A DNA stretch of 32,000 nucleotides, from positions 1,230,001 through 1,262,000 of the forward strand of contig OY969931.1 of NCBI GenBank assembly GCA_963704705.1, written 5' to 3'. Position 1 is the stretch's first letter; the number at the start of each line of letters is the position of its first letter. The DNA is from an uncultured bacterium. Lineage in GTDB: Bacteria; Patescibacteriota; Gracilibacteria; UBA1369; PNNO01. A program made the position numbers and the translations under genes. Shown here piece after piece: positions 16,580 to 24,050 of this stretch. Below the pieces are notes generated by a model. The model had not been told where the DNA came from. It saw only the letters and a list, made by a program, of their open reading frames with translations, and ran no database searches.

Positions 16580-16910
16580 AAGTTACGTACGAATTAGGTG
16601 TTTCATAAATTTTAATCTGCTTTAAAGCAACTTCGTCTTTTAGCTGGTCCCAGGCCCACATAGCAATAAATTCAGCGGATGGATTTTTAATAACATCATT
16701 AATCAGCTTATGATCAAGCTTATCAACGACCTTTTTATTCACAATTTCCTTTAACTTTTTAAAATCAAGAATCATGCCATCTTCAGCATTTGGCTCACCC
16801 TCAATGGTTACCTCCATTTTATAAGTGTGGCCGTGCATGTCTTCACACTTCCCGTGATAATTAGGGAGAAAGTGCGCTGAGTCGAATGTAAATATTTTAG
16901 TTAATTGCAT
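16566..16910 (-). CDS. COG0720 family protein: 6-carboxytetrahydropterin synthase (QueD) / 6-pyruvoyltetrahydropterin synthase-like; the context suggests a folate-pathway (PTPS-III-like) role
   Basis: 114 aa. FDSAHFLPNYHGKCEDMHGHTY (Cys-x3-HGH zinc/catalytic motif), DHKLIND and ETPNSYVTY. It sits first in an overlapping gene string with CYTH and folK. Confidence 0.8.
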   Translation of the reverse strand: MQLTKIFTFDSAHFLPNYHGKCEDMHGHTYKMEVTIEGEPNAEDGMILDFKKLKEIVNKKVVDKLDHKLINDVIKNPSAEFIAMWAWDQLKDEVALKQIKIYETPNSYVTYEGN

Positions 16911-16991
16911 TTGACTAATTTTTTAAAAGCAGGTAGATTCTGGCGGAAAACAGCGAAAAAATCAAATACAAAAATACAGGAACAATCATAC

Positions 16992-17020
16992 TTGACAAAA
17001 TTATGATTTTACGTCATAAT
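16992..17020 (+). promoter_or_regulatory. Sigma-70-type promoter for the 17051 ORF
   Basis: TTGACA (16992-16997), a 17-nt spacer, then CATAAT (17015-17020), about 30 nt upstream of the ATG at 17051. Confidence 0.55.
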
Positions 17021-17050
17021 GCTATCCTTTATTAAATTAACTTATTAATT

Positions 17051-17686
17051 ATGTCTGAAAAAAATCTTTATGTGAATGGTATTCAATTTGTAGGCTCAGA
17101 AGTATGGGAAGCCCTGGGATGCGAAGGGGAAGCCTGTACAGCACCACCTAAAACTGAGTCAGCAATTCTCAGCACAGCAAAAACAGATAGAATTGCGGCA
17201 ATGGGTCAGTTAATAGATAGGCAGAGACAAGATCTGTCACAAACAACTCCTGAAAACGCTATAGACCTTGCACGATTAATAAGTAAAAAAGTTGGCTTTG
17301 AGGTATCTGCTGTTGATGTAATTGAAGCCGGAGTTTGCGGATGTATTGAAGAATTGCTTGCATCAGAAAAAGCTGCTGCTTTTACAAAAGATCCTAAAAT
17401 TAAATTTAACAGTTTGAGCCAAGGCAGAAATATTGCTGATGTAATTGGAGAACCTGAAAAAGTAGAGGATATTAAAGTAATTGGAACAAGAAAAGAAGCT
17501 AGTTTAAATCATGGTGAATTATTTGGCACTTCTCGTGTTAATCCAGAAATGTCTGTTAATAACCCTGAAGATAAAGCTTACGATAGGCATCTTAAAATGG
17601 TTGAAAAATTAGAAAGAACTAGAAAAAAGAACCCGGCAAAAGCAAAGGCAAGAAGACGAAGCCGAAAAAGCTCACCAAAAGCTTAA
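17051..17686 (+). CDS. Hypothetical protein (211 aa) with a strongly basic C-terminal tail
   Basis: Long ORF with its own promoter-like element. The tail reads RTRKKNPAKAKARRRSRKSSPKA. No family recognised. Overlaps the folP stop by 4 nt. Confidence 0.55.
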   Translation: MSEKNLYVNGIQFVGSEVWEALGCEGEACTAPPKTESAILSTAKTDRIAAMGQLIDRQRQDLSQTTPENAIDLARLISKKVGFEVSAVDVIEAGVCGCIEELLASEKAAAFTKDPKIKFNSLSQGRNIADVIGEPEKVEDIKVIGTRKEASLNHGELFGTSRVNPEMSVNNPEDKAYDRHLKMVEKLERTRKKNPAKAKARRRSRKSSPKA

Positions 17687-18522
17687 GCGTTTTTTATCGC
17701 CCAAACCATATCAAGAACCCTCCTTGTTTCTTTAACATCGTGTGCTCTTATAATTGATGCTCCGTTCAATACAGCGGCTGCAGCACATGCAAGCGAACCT
17801 TCGAGGCGTTCTTCCATAGGTAGATCCAAAACTTCTCCTATAAAAGATTTTCGCGAAGATCCTATCAAAACAGGATATCCAAATGCTTTATACTTTTTTA
17901 AATTCTTCAAAATCTGAAGACTCGGAACAGGATCCATACTAACAAAAGCTCCCTGCCCCGGATCTAAAATAATCTGATCGTCTTTAATGCCTGCTTCTTT
18001 GGCAACCTTTACTCTTTTTTTAAGAAACGCCTGAACTTCATCAACAACATTTTCATATTTAGGTTTTTTGCGTGAAGTGCGGCCTGTGTCATCCTTAGAA
18101 TACATAAGTACAACAGGCACTTTTTCTTTTGCAATTAGTTTTGCCATCGCAGGATCACCCCTGAAAGCAAGCACGTCATTTACCATATTCGCACCTTCTT
18201 TAAGTGCGGCTTTTGCAACATCAGCTTTATAAGTATCAATCGAAATCCATACACGCGCAGGGACTTTTAATGCTTTCAGTACAGGCAAGATTCTTTTAAG
18301 TTCTTCTTTTGAATCAACATCTTTGCTTCCGGGTCCTGTTGATTCACCGCCGATATCAATAATATCAGCGCCATCCTTTATCATTTCTTTAGCGTATTTT
18401 ACGGCATCTTCAGGTGTTTTAAATTTGCCTCTGTCGCTAAAAGAATCCGGCGTAAGGTTAAGAACGCCCATAACCAGTGGTTTGTCGAGCTTAAGGGTTT
18501 TAGTGCGGCTTTTGAGAATCAT
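17683..18522 (-). CDS. folP: Dihydropteroate synthase
   Basis: 279 aa. Contains VMGVLNLTPDSFSD, IIDIGGESTGPG, VNDV and SRKSFIG motifs. Confidence 0.93.
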   Translation of the reverse strand: MILKSRTKTLKLDKPLVMGVLNLTPDSFSDRGKFKTPEDAVKYAKEMIKDGADIIDIGGESTGPGSKDVDSKEELKRILPVLKALKVPARVWISIDTYKADVAKAALKEGANMVNDVLAFRGDPAMAKLIAKEKVPVVLMYSKDDTGRTSRKKPKYENVVDEVQAFLKKRVKVAKEAGIKDDQIILDPGQGAFVSMDPVPSLQILKNLKKYKAFGYPVLIGSSRKSFIGEVLDLPMEERLEGSLACAAAAVLNGASIIRAHDVKETRRVLDMVWAIKNA

Positions 18523-19280
18523 AGAGAGAGAAGTTTAATGATATTTTGTGTTATCCGACCTATTTTACCATTATTTATAGGCTTGCCGTCAACTTTAATA
18601 ATCGGAACAGCTCCAAAAGTACTTGAGGTGACAAAGATTTCATCATAGGTGTGGATTTTGTGTAGAGGGATCGGGGCGAGGCGGACCTTTGGATATTTTT
18701 TAATTATGTAGTTGCGCGTTGTGCCCTCTAGAATGCCATCCTTTGGAGTTATAAGTTCACCATTTTTTACTGCAAAAACATTCGAAAAAGCGCCCTCGGT
18801 TATATTATTGTGGCGATCAACAAGCAAAGCTTCGTATGCTTTGTGCTTTTCAGCTTCGCGGCGCGCAAGAATTGATGGAAGCATATTTGTGGATTTAGCC
18901 TGAGGTAAAGTTCGCTCAGCTTTGTAAGTTATTGCTGTGACACCTTTGGTGAAATTTCGCGGCTTGGTGAGTTTTGTTGCTTCAATGAGTAGAGTTTCAT
19001 CTCTTGAAAGTGTAATTCTGATTCTGGATTCTTTATGATTATTCTTTTTGATAAGTCTTGTGATTTGGTACGTAAGCTCTTTATTTGTAAGCGGCACTTT
19101 GATTTGTAAAATTTTAGCTGAATTTCGCAAACGTTTAAGATGCTCAGCCAAAAGCCACGGCTTGCCGTTAATTGTGCGCATGGTTTCATAAATCGCGTCG
19201 CCAAATTTAAAACCACGATCCATCACGCTGATCATGGCTTTATTTTGGAGTATGAGTTTTTTATTTAAAATTACATACAT
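18519..19280 (-). CDS. pabC: Class IV (fold type IV) PLP enzyme, most likely aminodeoxychorismate lyase
   Basis: 253 aa. Contains DRGFKFGDAIYET, EGAFSNVF and ILEGTTR. The short length and the 4-nt overlap with folP favour PabC over IlvE or Dat, but sequence alone cannot separate these. Confidence 0.6.
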   Translation of the reverse strand: MYVILNKKLILQNKAMISVMDRGFKFGDAIYETMRTINGKPWLLAEHLKRLRNSAKILQIKVPLTNKELTYQITRLIKKNNHKESRIRITLSRDETLLIEATKLTKPRNFTKGVTAITYKAERTLPQAKSTNMLPSILARREAEKHKAYEALLVDRHNNITEGAFSNVFAVKNGELITPKDGILEGTTRNYIIKKYPKVRLAPIPLHKIHTYDEIFVTSSTFGAVPIIKVDGKPINNGKIGRITQNIIKLLSL

Positions 19281-19760
19281 TTACTTTTCATCCTCAGCAT
19301 AAACATGCTCGTAATCAGACTTTTTGTAATCATGGATTTCTTCATCTTTAAAGAAGTTAGCTACTTCTTTTTTTGCATTCTCAACTGAATCAGAAGCATG
19401 AACAACATTACAGCTCACACTCATCGCAAAATCTCCTCTGATAGAACCCGCTTCAGCTTCTCTTGCTTTTGTTATGCCGCAAAGTACACGAATAGCATTT
19501 ACAACTTCAAGGCCTTCAATACACATCGCTATAACAGGTGAACTCTTCATGAATTTTGTAAGACTTGGGAAGAAAGGTTTCTCAGCAAGATGCGAATAGT
19601 GTTTTGTTAAAAGTTCATCATCAAGTCCCATCATTTTAATTCCAACAATTTTAAGTCCTTTGCGTTCAAAACGGGTGATAATTTCACCGGTTAGGCCGCG
19701 CTGAATAGCATCGGGTTTAACCAGCACAAGGGTTTTTTCTTCTACGCCATCGAATTTCAT
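19281..19760 (-). CDS. ndk: Nucleoside diphosphate kinase
   Basis: 159 aa. Contains LVLVKPDAIQRGL, GSIRGDF and NVVHASDS (catalytic His). The stop abuts the pabC-like start. Confidence 0.93.
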   Translation of the reverse strand: MKFDGVEEKTLVLVKPDAIQRGLTGEIITRFERKGLKIVGIKMMGLDDELLTKHYSHLAEKPFFPSLTKFMKSSPVIAMCIEGLEVVNAIRVLCGITKAREAEAGSIRGDFAMSVSCNVVHASDSVENAKKEVANFFKDEEIHDYKKSDYEHVYAEDEK

Positions 19761-19791
19761 AATTTATTAGGTTACTTAGTAAGGTGAGGTA

Positions 19792-19803
19792 CTAAGTACT
19801 TAG
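19792..19803. promoter_or_regulatory. Perfect 12-bp palindrome within a GGTACT/AGTACT repeat cluster upstream of ndk; possible operator
   Basis: CTAAGTACTTAG is self-complementary. It is embedded in aggttacttagtaaggtgaggtactaagtacttagaggtactcggtacttc, which holds five GKTACT-like words in about 55 nt. Confidence 0.3.
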
Positions 19804-19819
19804 AGGTACTCGGTACTTC

Positions 19820-19851
19820 AAAAAAGTCCACCCCTAAGTGTAGGGATGGAC
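19820..19851 (-). terminator. Rho-independent terminator closing the giant-protein operon
   Basis: The minus-strand RNA reads GUCCAUCCC-UACACUUA-GGGGUGGAC followed by UUUUUU. This is a 9-bp stem (one G-U pair) with an 8-nt loop and a U6 tract, 82 nt downstream of the 74-aa ORF stop. Confidence 0.8.
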
Positions 19852-19932
19852 CAGCTGTTTTGCAATGTGAAATTCAAGTTTTGCGTATTTAGTAAGTTTC
19901 GCGCATCTTTTGCGCTGGGTTTGAGCCGTGCT

Positions 19933-20157
19933 TTATATCATCTCTTCGCCTTCACCGCGAGTAAGCTCGTAGTAATCGTTGTAAATTGTTACCCCGAAAT
20001 AACCTGTGTATAACGCGATAAATAAAACAACAAGCCATAAGTCGTAAGGTGCGGGAAAGTTAAACCACATCCATGTACAAACAACGTATACTATGGCAAA
20101 TTCAACCAATCGCATAAAAAATAGTGAAACGAGTTTTAAATTAAATTTTAGGTTCAT
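19933..20157 (-). CDS. Small integral membrane protein (74 aa, two predicted TM helices), last gene of the operon
   Basis: Hydrophobic stretches LVSLFFMRLVEFAIVYVVCTWMWF and LWLVVLFIALYTGYFGVTIY. Acidic C-terminal tail TRGEGEEMI. Starts 19 nt after the 1282-aa ORF. Confidence 0.6.
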   Translation of the reverse strand: MNLKFNLKLVSLFFMRLVEFAIVYVVCTWMWFNFPAPYDLWLVVLFIALYTGYFGVTIYNDYYELTRGEGEEMI

Positions 20158-20176
20158 ATTATGATTTGTTAATAAA

Positions 20177-23100
20177 TTATCCTAATAATTTTTCTTTTAG
20201 TTTTCTTGCTGAATCGCCGGTTGCAATTTCGCGTATGCTTGCACGTGCGTGCTGCACTTGTTCTGGCACAACCTTTTTATCAGCAATAAGTTTTTGAACT
20301 TTTTCGTATAAGCCTTGTCTTCGAGCGAGTTCTTGAGCTTCTTCGGTGTTCCAGTGTCTGGCAAGAACTTCCTCGGCTTTAAGTCCGCGTTTTTCAGCTT
20401 TTTCAACATAATCACCCAACTTTTGTCGTAATCTGACTTTTTCAACACGACCTTCAACCATTTGATCAATTGGCGGACGACCTGAATGATCCTTCATAAT
20501 TACATAATCAAATGCTTTAGTTCCGCCTTTTTCAGCAACTTCCATTCCTTTTTTCGCTATAGCCATTTGTTCTGCAGGCCCATGATTGAAGCCGGTCAGC
20601 ATCCAAATCAAACCGGTTGCAAGACCAGCTTTTTGAAATAAACTTGCAGCACCTGACATCTGGTCATGCATTTTAGCCATTTGTGTAGCTTTCGATTCCA
20701 TTTCCATTGCCATAATTGACCTGTTTGAATTAATACTGACAATTGTTTCCTGTGCTGCTCTTATTTTATCTTCTTTTCTTATAATTTCTGTTTCAATGCC
20801 TTCAAGATTTGCATTTGCCTTATCAAAATCATTTTTCCAATTTTTAGCCGCGTCCCCACTTCCTGCAACTTTGGCACCTGCTTCATTTTTAGCAGTTGTA
20901 AGTTCGACGATTCTTGTTTTGGATTCTTTAACTGTTTTTTCAGCATCCTCAAATGCTTTTTTGGCAGCATCAATTTCAGTTTGCGAAGCCCGTCCGCTTT
21001 CTTTTAATTCTTCAAGTTTTTTTAAATGTGCTTCTTTTGAATTTTTTATACCTTCAAGTCTGATATGTTTTCTGTCTGATTTAGCTAAATCATCTACGAT
21101 TTTTGCATAATCTTTACCTAATTTTTGATGATCTCCAGCTTGTTCCGCATATTTTTCATAAGATTTTAAAGCTGCAATTCTTTCAGCTTCTTTAGATTTA
21201 ATAAAAGCTGTAAGTTCCTTTGTTTCAATAAGTTTTAATTTTTTAGCGCCTTCAACTACATCAAACGATCTTTCATATTCCTGAATTGTTTTTGCAGGAA
21301 TTCCAATTGATAAAAGCCATCCTTTAATTTCTAAAAATGCCGCTTTACCTTTAAGCCATGTTCTTCCAATAAAAGTTTTTGGAATATCTATGCCCTTTTT
21401 CATTCCTTTCATTACTTTCAAGTAGTCAATTCTTTTTGCACCTCCAAGTGTTTCTTCCAGCAGACGAAGTTCTCTTGCCTGGATTCTATCACCTGCTTTT
21501 TCAGCTTTCTTGGCCATCTCAGCTATATCTTCAATTTTATAAACTTTATAGGTTTCTTTAGAAGCATCCAGCCCTGAATTATATTTTGATAACGCTCTTG
21601 CCTGATCAATTGCTTTTCTTGCATATAATGTTTCAGCTGCTGAATCAGCTCTTCTTACCTTATCAAACAAACTACCTGCTTTTGCAATTTGTCTCTGGAA
21701 AAATGGTAGTTCTGAAGCATAAGCAACGTCTTTTAAGCCGCCAAGTTCTCTTGCTTCTTTAAGTGCATGACCTGCTTTAACCGCACGTCTTCCTGCTCTT
21801 ACTCCTCCCAAACCTGCACGTATACCAAGCCCAAGACCCCCGATTGCCCAGGCGCCATCGGCAATTAAACCAATTCCTGCAAATGCAACATACATCCACC
21901 TTTCTTTTGTACTTAATTTTTTGCCTGACAAACTAGTACCTTTAATAGCACCTCTAATATCAAGCGCTGTACCTAAAATAGGAAGAAATCCACCTGCAGC
22001 TTCAGCCAAATCCCACATTACTTCATGAGATTTTGCTTTACCAGTAAATAAATCGTAACCTTCGAGCCCTATTATAATCGCTGGTAATCCGAATGTTTTA
22101 AGACGATATTTCAATTTATGAGGAGTAACCTTTTCGCTTACAGCCTTAATTTCTTTTCGGAGTTCCTCTCTTCCCATAGCTCCTCTTGCAACTTCAACTT
22201 TACCTGCCCATGCATTGGATACAGGTCTTGCAACTTCAGTTTCGATTACCTCTGCAAGTGCACTGAATCTCGCTCTTGTAACATCTTCCATTGTTTTTAA
22301 ATCAACAGCTTTTCTTGTATAGGCCTGGATTAAATCTGCACCGCTGTAACTGGCTCTTTTTGCTTTATCCAAACCGATTGCTGCAAGAGATTGATCAGAA
22401 ATATGAGGCAATTCATTTAATTTTTTTGTTAAAAATGCCGATCCTGGACCTGCTGATTTTTGTACTTTTTCCAATGCACGCCCTGCATCAATAACTTTTT
22501 TGGCTTCATCACTCATTACCTTCGTTGCTCTTCGTACTAAAATTGAATACTTTTGCAACATTCTGTCCTGATCCAGAATTTTTTTATCAAGGTACCTCTT
22601 TTCTGCTGTGATATCATTCACGTCAATCTTGTCAGCCGTAGTTCTGGCTTCATGAAACAGATCTTCAAATGCTGTAGCTGTACCTGCTCTTTCACCTTTC
22701 ATTTTACCTTCAATATCTTCAATACCTCTTAAAATATCATTCATTTGCCAGTTTCTTGCTTTTAATCTAAAAGTCGTTATAGTTCTGTCCATAACCCTTC
22801 TATAGGTATATCTAAGCATTGTGGCTTTAACAAGCCTTTGTTCACCAAAAACATTTTTATAAGCACGCACCATTGTTGGCATTCTTGTAAAAGATTTCAT
22901 TAACCATCTTGAACGTTTTTCCCCTGGTGCATAATAATATTCAATAAGCTGAACAAGTCTTAAATCTTCATAACTTGCAGCCTGTCTTATTTCTTCTTTA
23001 TCTCTATCACTTAATCCCTTTTTACTATCCAGATATTCACTAAGTGCTTTTTTAAAATTAGTTTCAAAATTCTTGTCTCCGCTTACTTTTTGTTCCACTT

Positions 23101-24025
23101 TCATTCGAACATTGTGCATATGTTCAATAAATATAAGCCTGTCATTATCATTAACAGTTTTTTTGGATTTATCTTCAATAAGATGTTTATTTCTCTGCAT
23201 AATATTATCCATTTGTCTTAATTCCCTAAGTGTCCATGGAGCAAAACGAAGCATAAGAGGAAAAGGAATGCTTAAATCACCCGCTGCTTTATCCAGAGCA
23301 TATCCATGACCAATCTGCCTGAGGTTATTCAAATAAGATAAAGCGCCGTTCAGACTATCAAACGGAGTAAATTTTCTAACATGCGCCACACCAAGCACTC
23401 CAAAAGCAAGAAACCTGTTCAATACTGATTTAGTTATTTTACCGTCACTTACTTTTTCAACAAGCTTTTGCAATCCATCATAATCGCCTTCTTTAATAGC
23501 CATTTCAATTCTTTGCGCATTTGCCGGGTCATTTGCTTTTAAATTATCCATTAATGATGCAAATTCTTTGCTTTTTGAAAGCTTCTGTAATGCCTCGGTC
23601 TGATTTCTTTTGTTCACAAACCCATCAATAACTCTGTAAAACGTTTCTTCTTCGTCCTGCTGAACAGCATATCTTCTCGCAACCAAAGCCACATCCGAAC
23701 GGCCTTCAGCTACATTAATAATGTCATCAGCAAATTTTTCTGAACGTCTTTCAATTTCTTCTTTTGTAAGCTCTTTGTGTTTTGCAAGTTCAGCTTTTGT
23801 ATTTTCAATTATTCGATTTTTAAGCTCTTCTCTTTCAGTGTACGAAGCTTCTATAACTTTTTGCTGCAGCGCCTTAAGTTTTTCAAATTTCTTTCCGTTG
23901 AACCAACGTAGAATAAGCTTTCTTGAAATTTTATCCTGCTCATTTTGAGAAAGTTCTTTTGCTTCAACCGCCTCAAACGATTCAGGCATTTTTATTTTTT
24001 CGGATTTTAATGCTAATTTTGACAT
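20177..24025 (-). CDS. Giant K/E-rich coiled-coil protein (1282 aa) with a central glycine-zipper hydrophobic block; unknown family
   Basis: Uninterrupted 3.8-kb ORF with no N-terminal signal peptide. Long helical, charged stretches. The hydrophobic core lies at aa 644-745 (FGLPAIIIGLEGYDLF...AAGGFLPILGTALDI...WMYVAFAGIGLIADGAWAIGGLGLGIRAGLGG). No Walker A or other catalytic motif was seen by eye. Confidence 0.85.
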   Translation of the reverse strand: MSKLALKSEKIKMPESFEAVEAKELSQNEQDKISRKLILRWFNGKKFEKLKALQQKVIEASYTEREELKNRIIENTKAELAKHKELTKEEIERRSEKFADDIINVAEGRSDVALVARRYAVQQDEEETFYRVIDGFVNKRNQTEALQKLSKSKEFASLMDNLKANDPANAQRIEMAIKEGDYDGLQKLVEKVSDGKITKSVLNRFLAFGVLGVAHVRKFTPFDSLNGALSYLNNLRQIGHGYALDKAAGDLSIPFPLMLRFAPWTLRELRQMDNIMQRNKHLIEDKSKKTVNDNDRLIFIEHMHNVRMKVEQKVSGDKNFETNFKKALSEYLDSKKGLSDRDKEEIRQAASYEDLRLVQLIEYYYAPGEKRSRWLMKSFTRMPTMVRAYKNVFGEQRLVKATMLRYTYRRVMDRTITTFRLKARNWQMNDILRGIEDIEGKMKGERAGTATAFEDLFHEARTTADKIDVNDITAEKRYLDKKILDQDRMLQKYSILVRRATKVMSDEAKKVIDAGRALEKVQKSAGPGSAFLTKKLNELPHISDQSLAAIGLDKAKRASYSGADLIQAYTRKAVDLKTMEDVTRARFSALAEVIETEVARPVSNAWAGKVEVARGAMGREELRKEIKAVSEKVTPHKLKYRLKTFGLPAIIIGLEGYDLFTGKAKSHEVMWDLAEAAGGFLPILGTALDIRGAIKGTSLSGKKLSTKERWMYVAFAGIGLIADGAWAIGGLGLGIRAGLGGVRAGRRAVKAGHALKEARELGGLKDVAYASELPFFQRQIAKAGSLFDKVRRADSAAETLYARKAIDQARALSKYNSGLDASKETYKVYKIEDIAEMAKKAEKAGDRIQARELRLLEETLGGAKRIDYLKVMKGMKKGIDIPKTFIGRTWLKGKAAFLEIKGWLLSIGIPAKTIQEYERSFDVVEGAKKLKLIETKELTAFIKSKEAERIAALKSYEKYAEQAGDHQKLGKDYAKIVDDLAKSDRKHIRLEGIKNSKEAHLKKLEELKESGRASQTEIDAAKKAFEDAEKTVKESKTRIVELTTAKNEAGAKVAGSGDAAKNWKNDFDKANANLEGIETEIIRKEDKIRAAQETIVSINSNRSIMAMEMESKATQMAKMHDQMSGAASLFQKAGLATGLIWMLTGFNHGPAEQMAIAKKGMEVAEKGGTKAFDYVIMKDHSGRPPIDQMVEGRVEKVRLRQKLGDYVEKAEKRGLKAEEVLARHWNTEEAQELARRQGLYEKVQKLIADKKVVPEQVQHARASIREIATGDSARKLKEKLLG

Positions 24026-24050
24026 TTTGTATTTATTTTAAATTATATTT

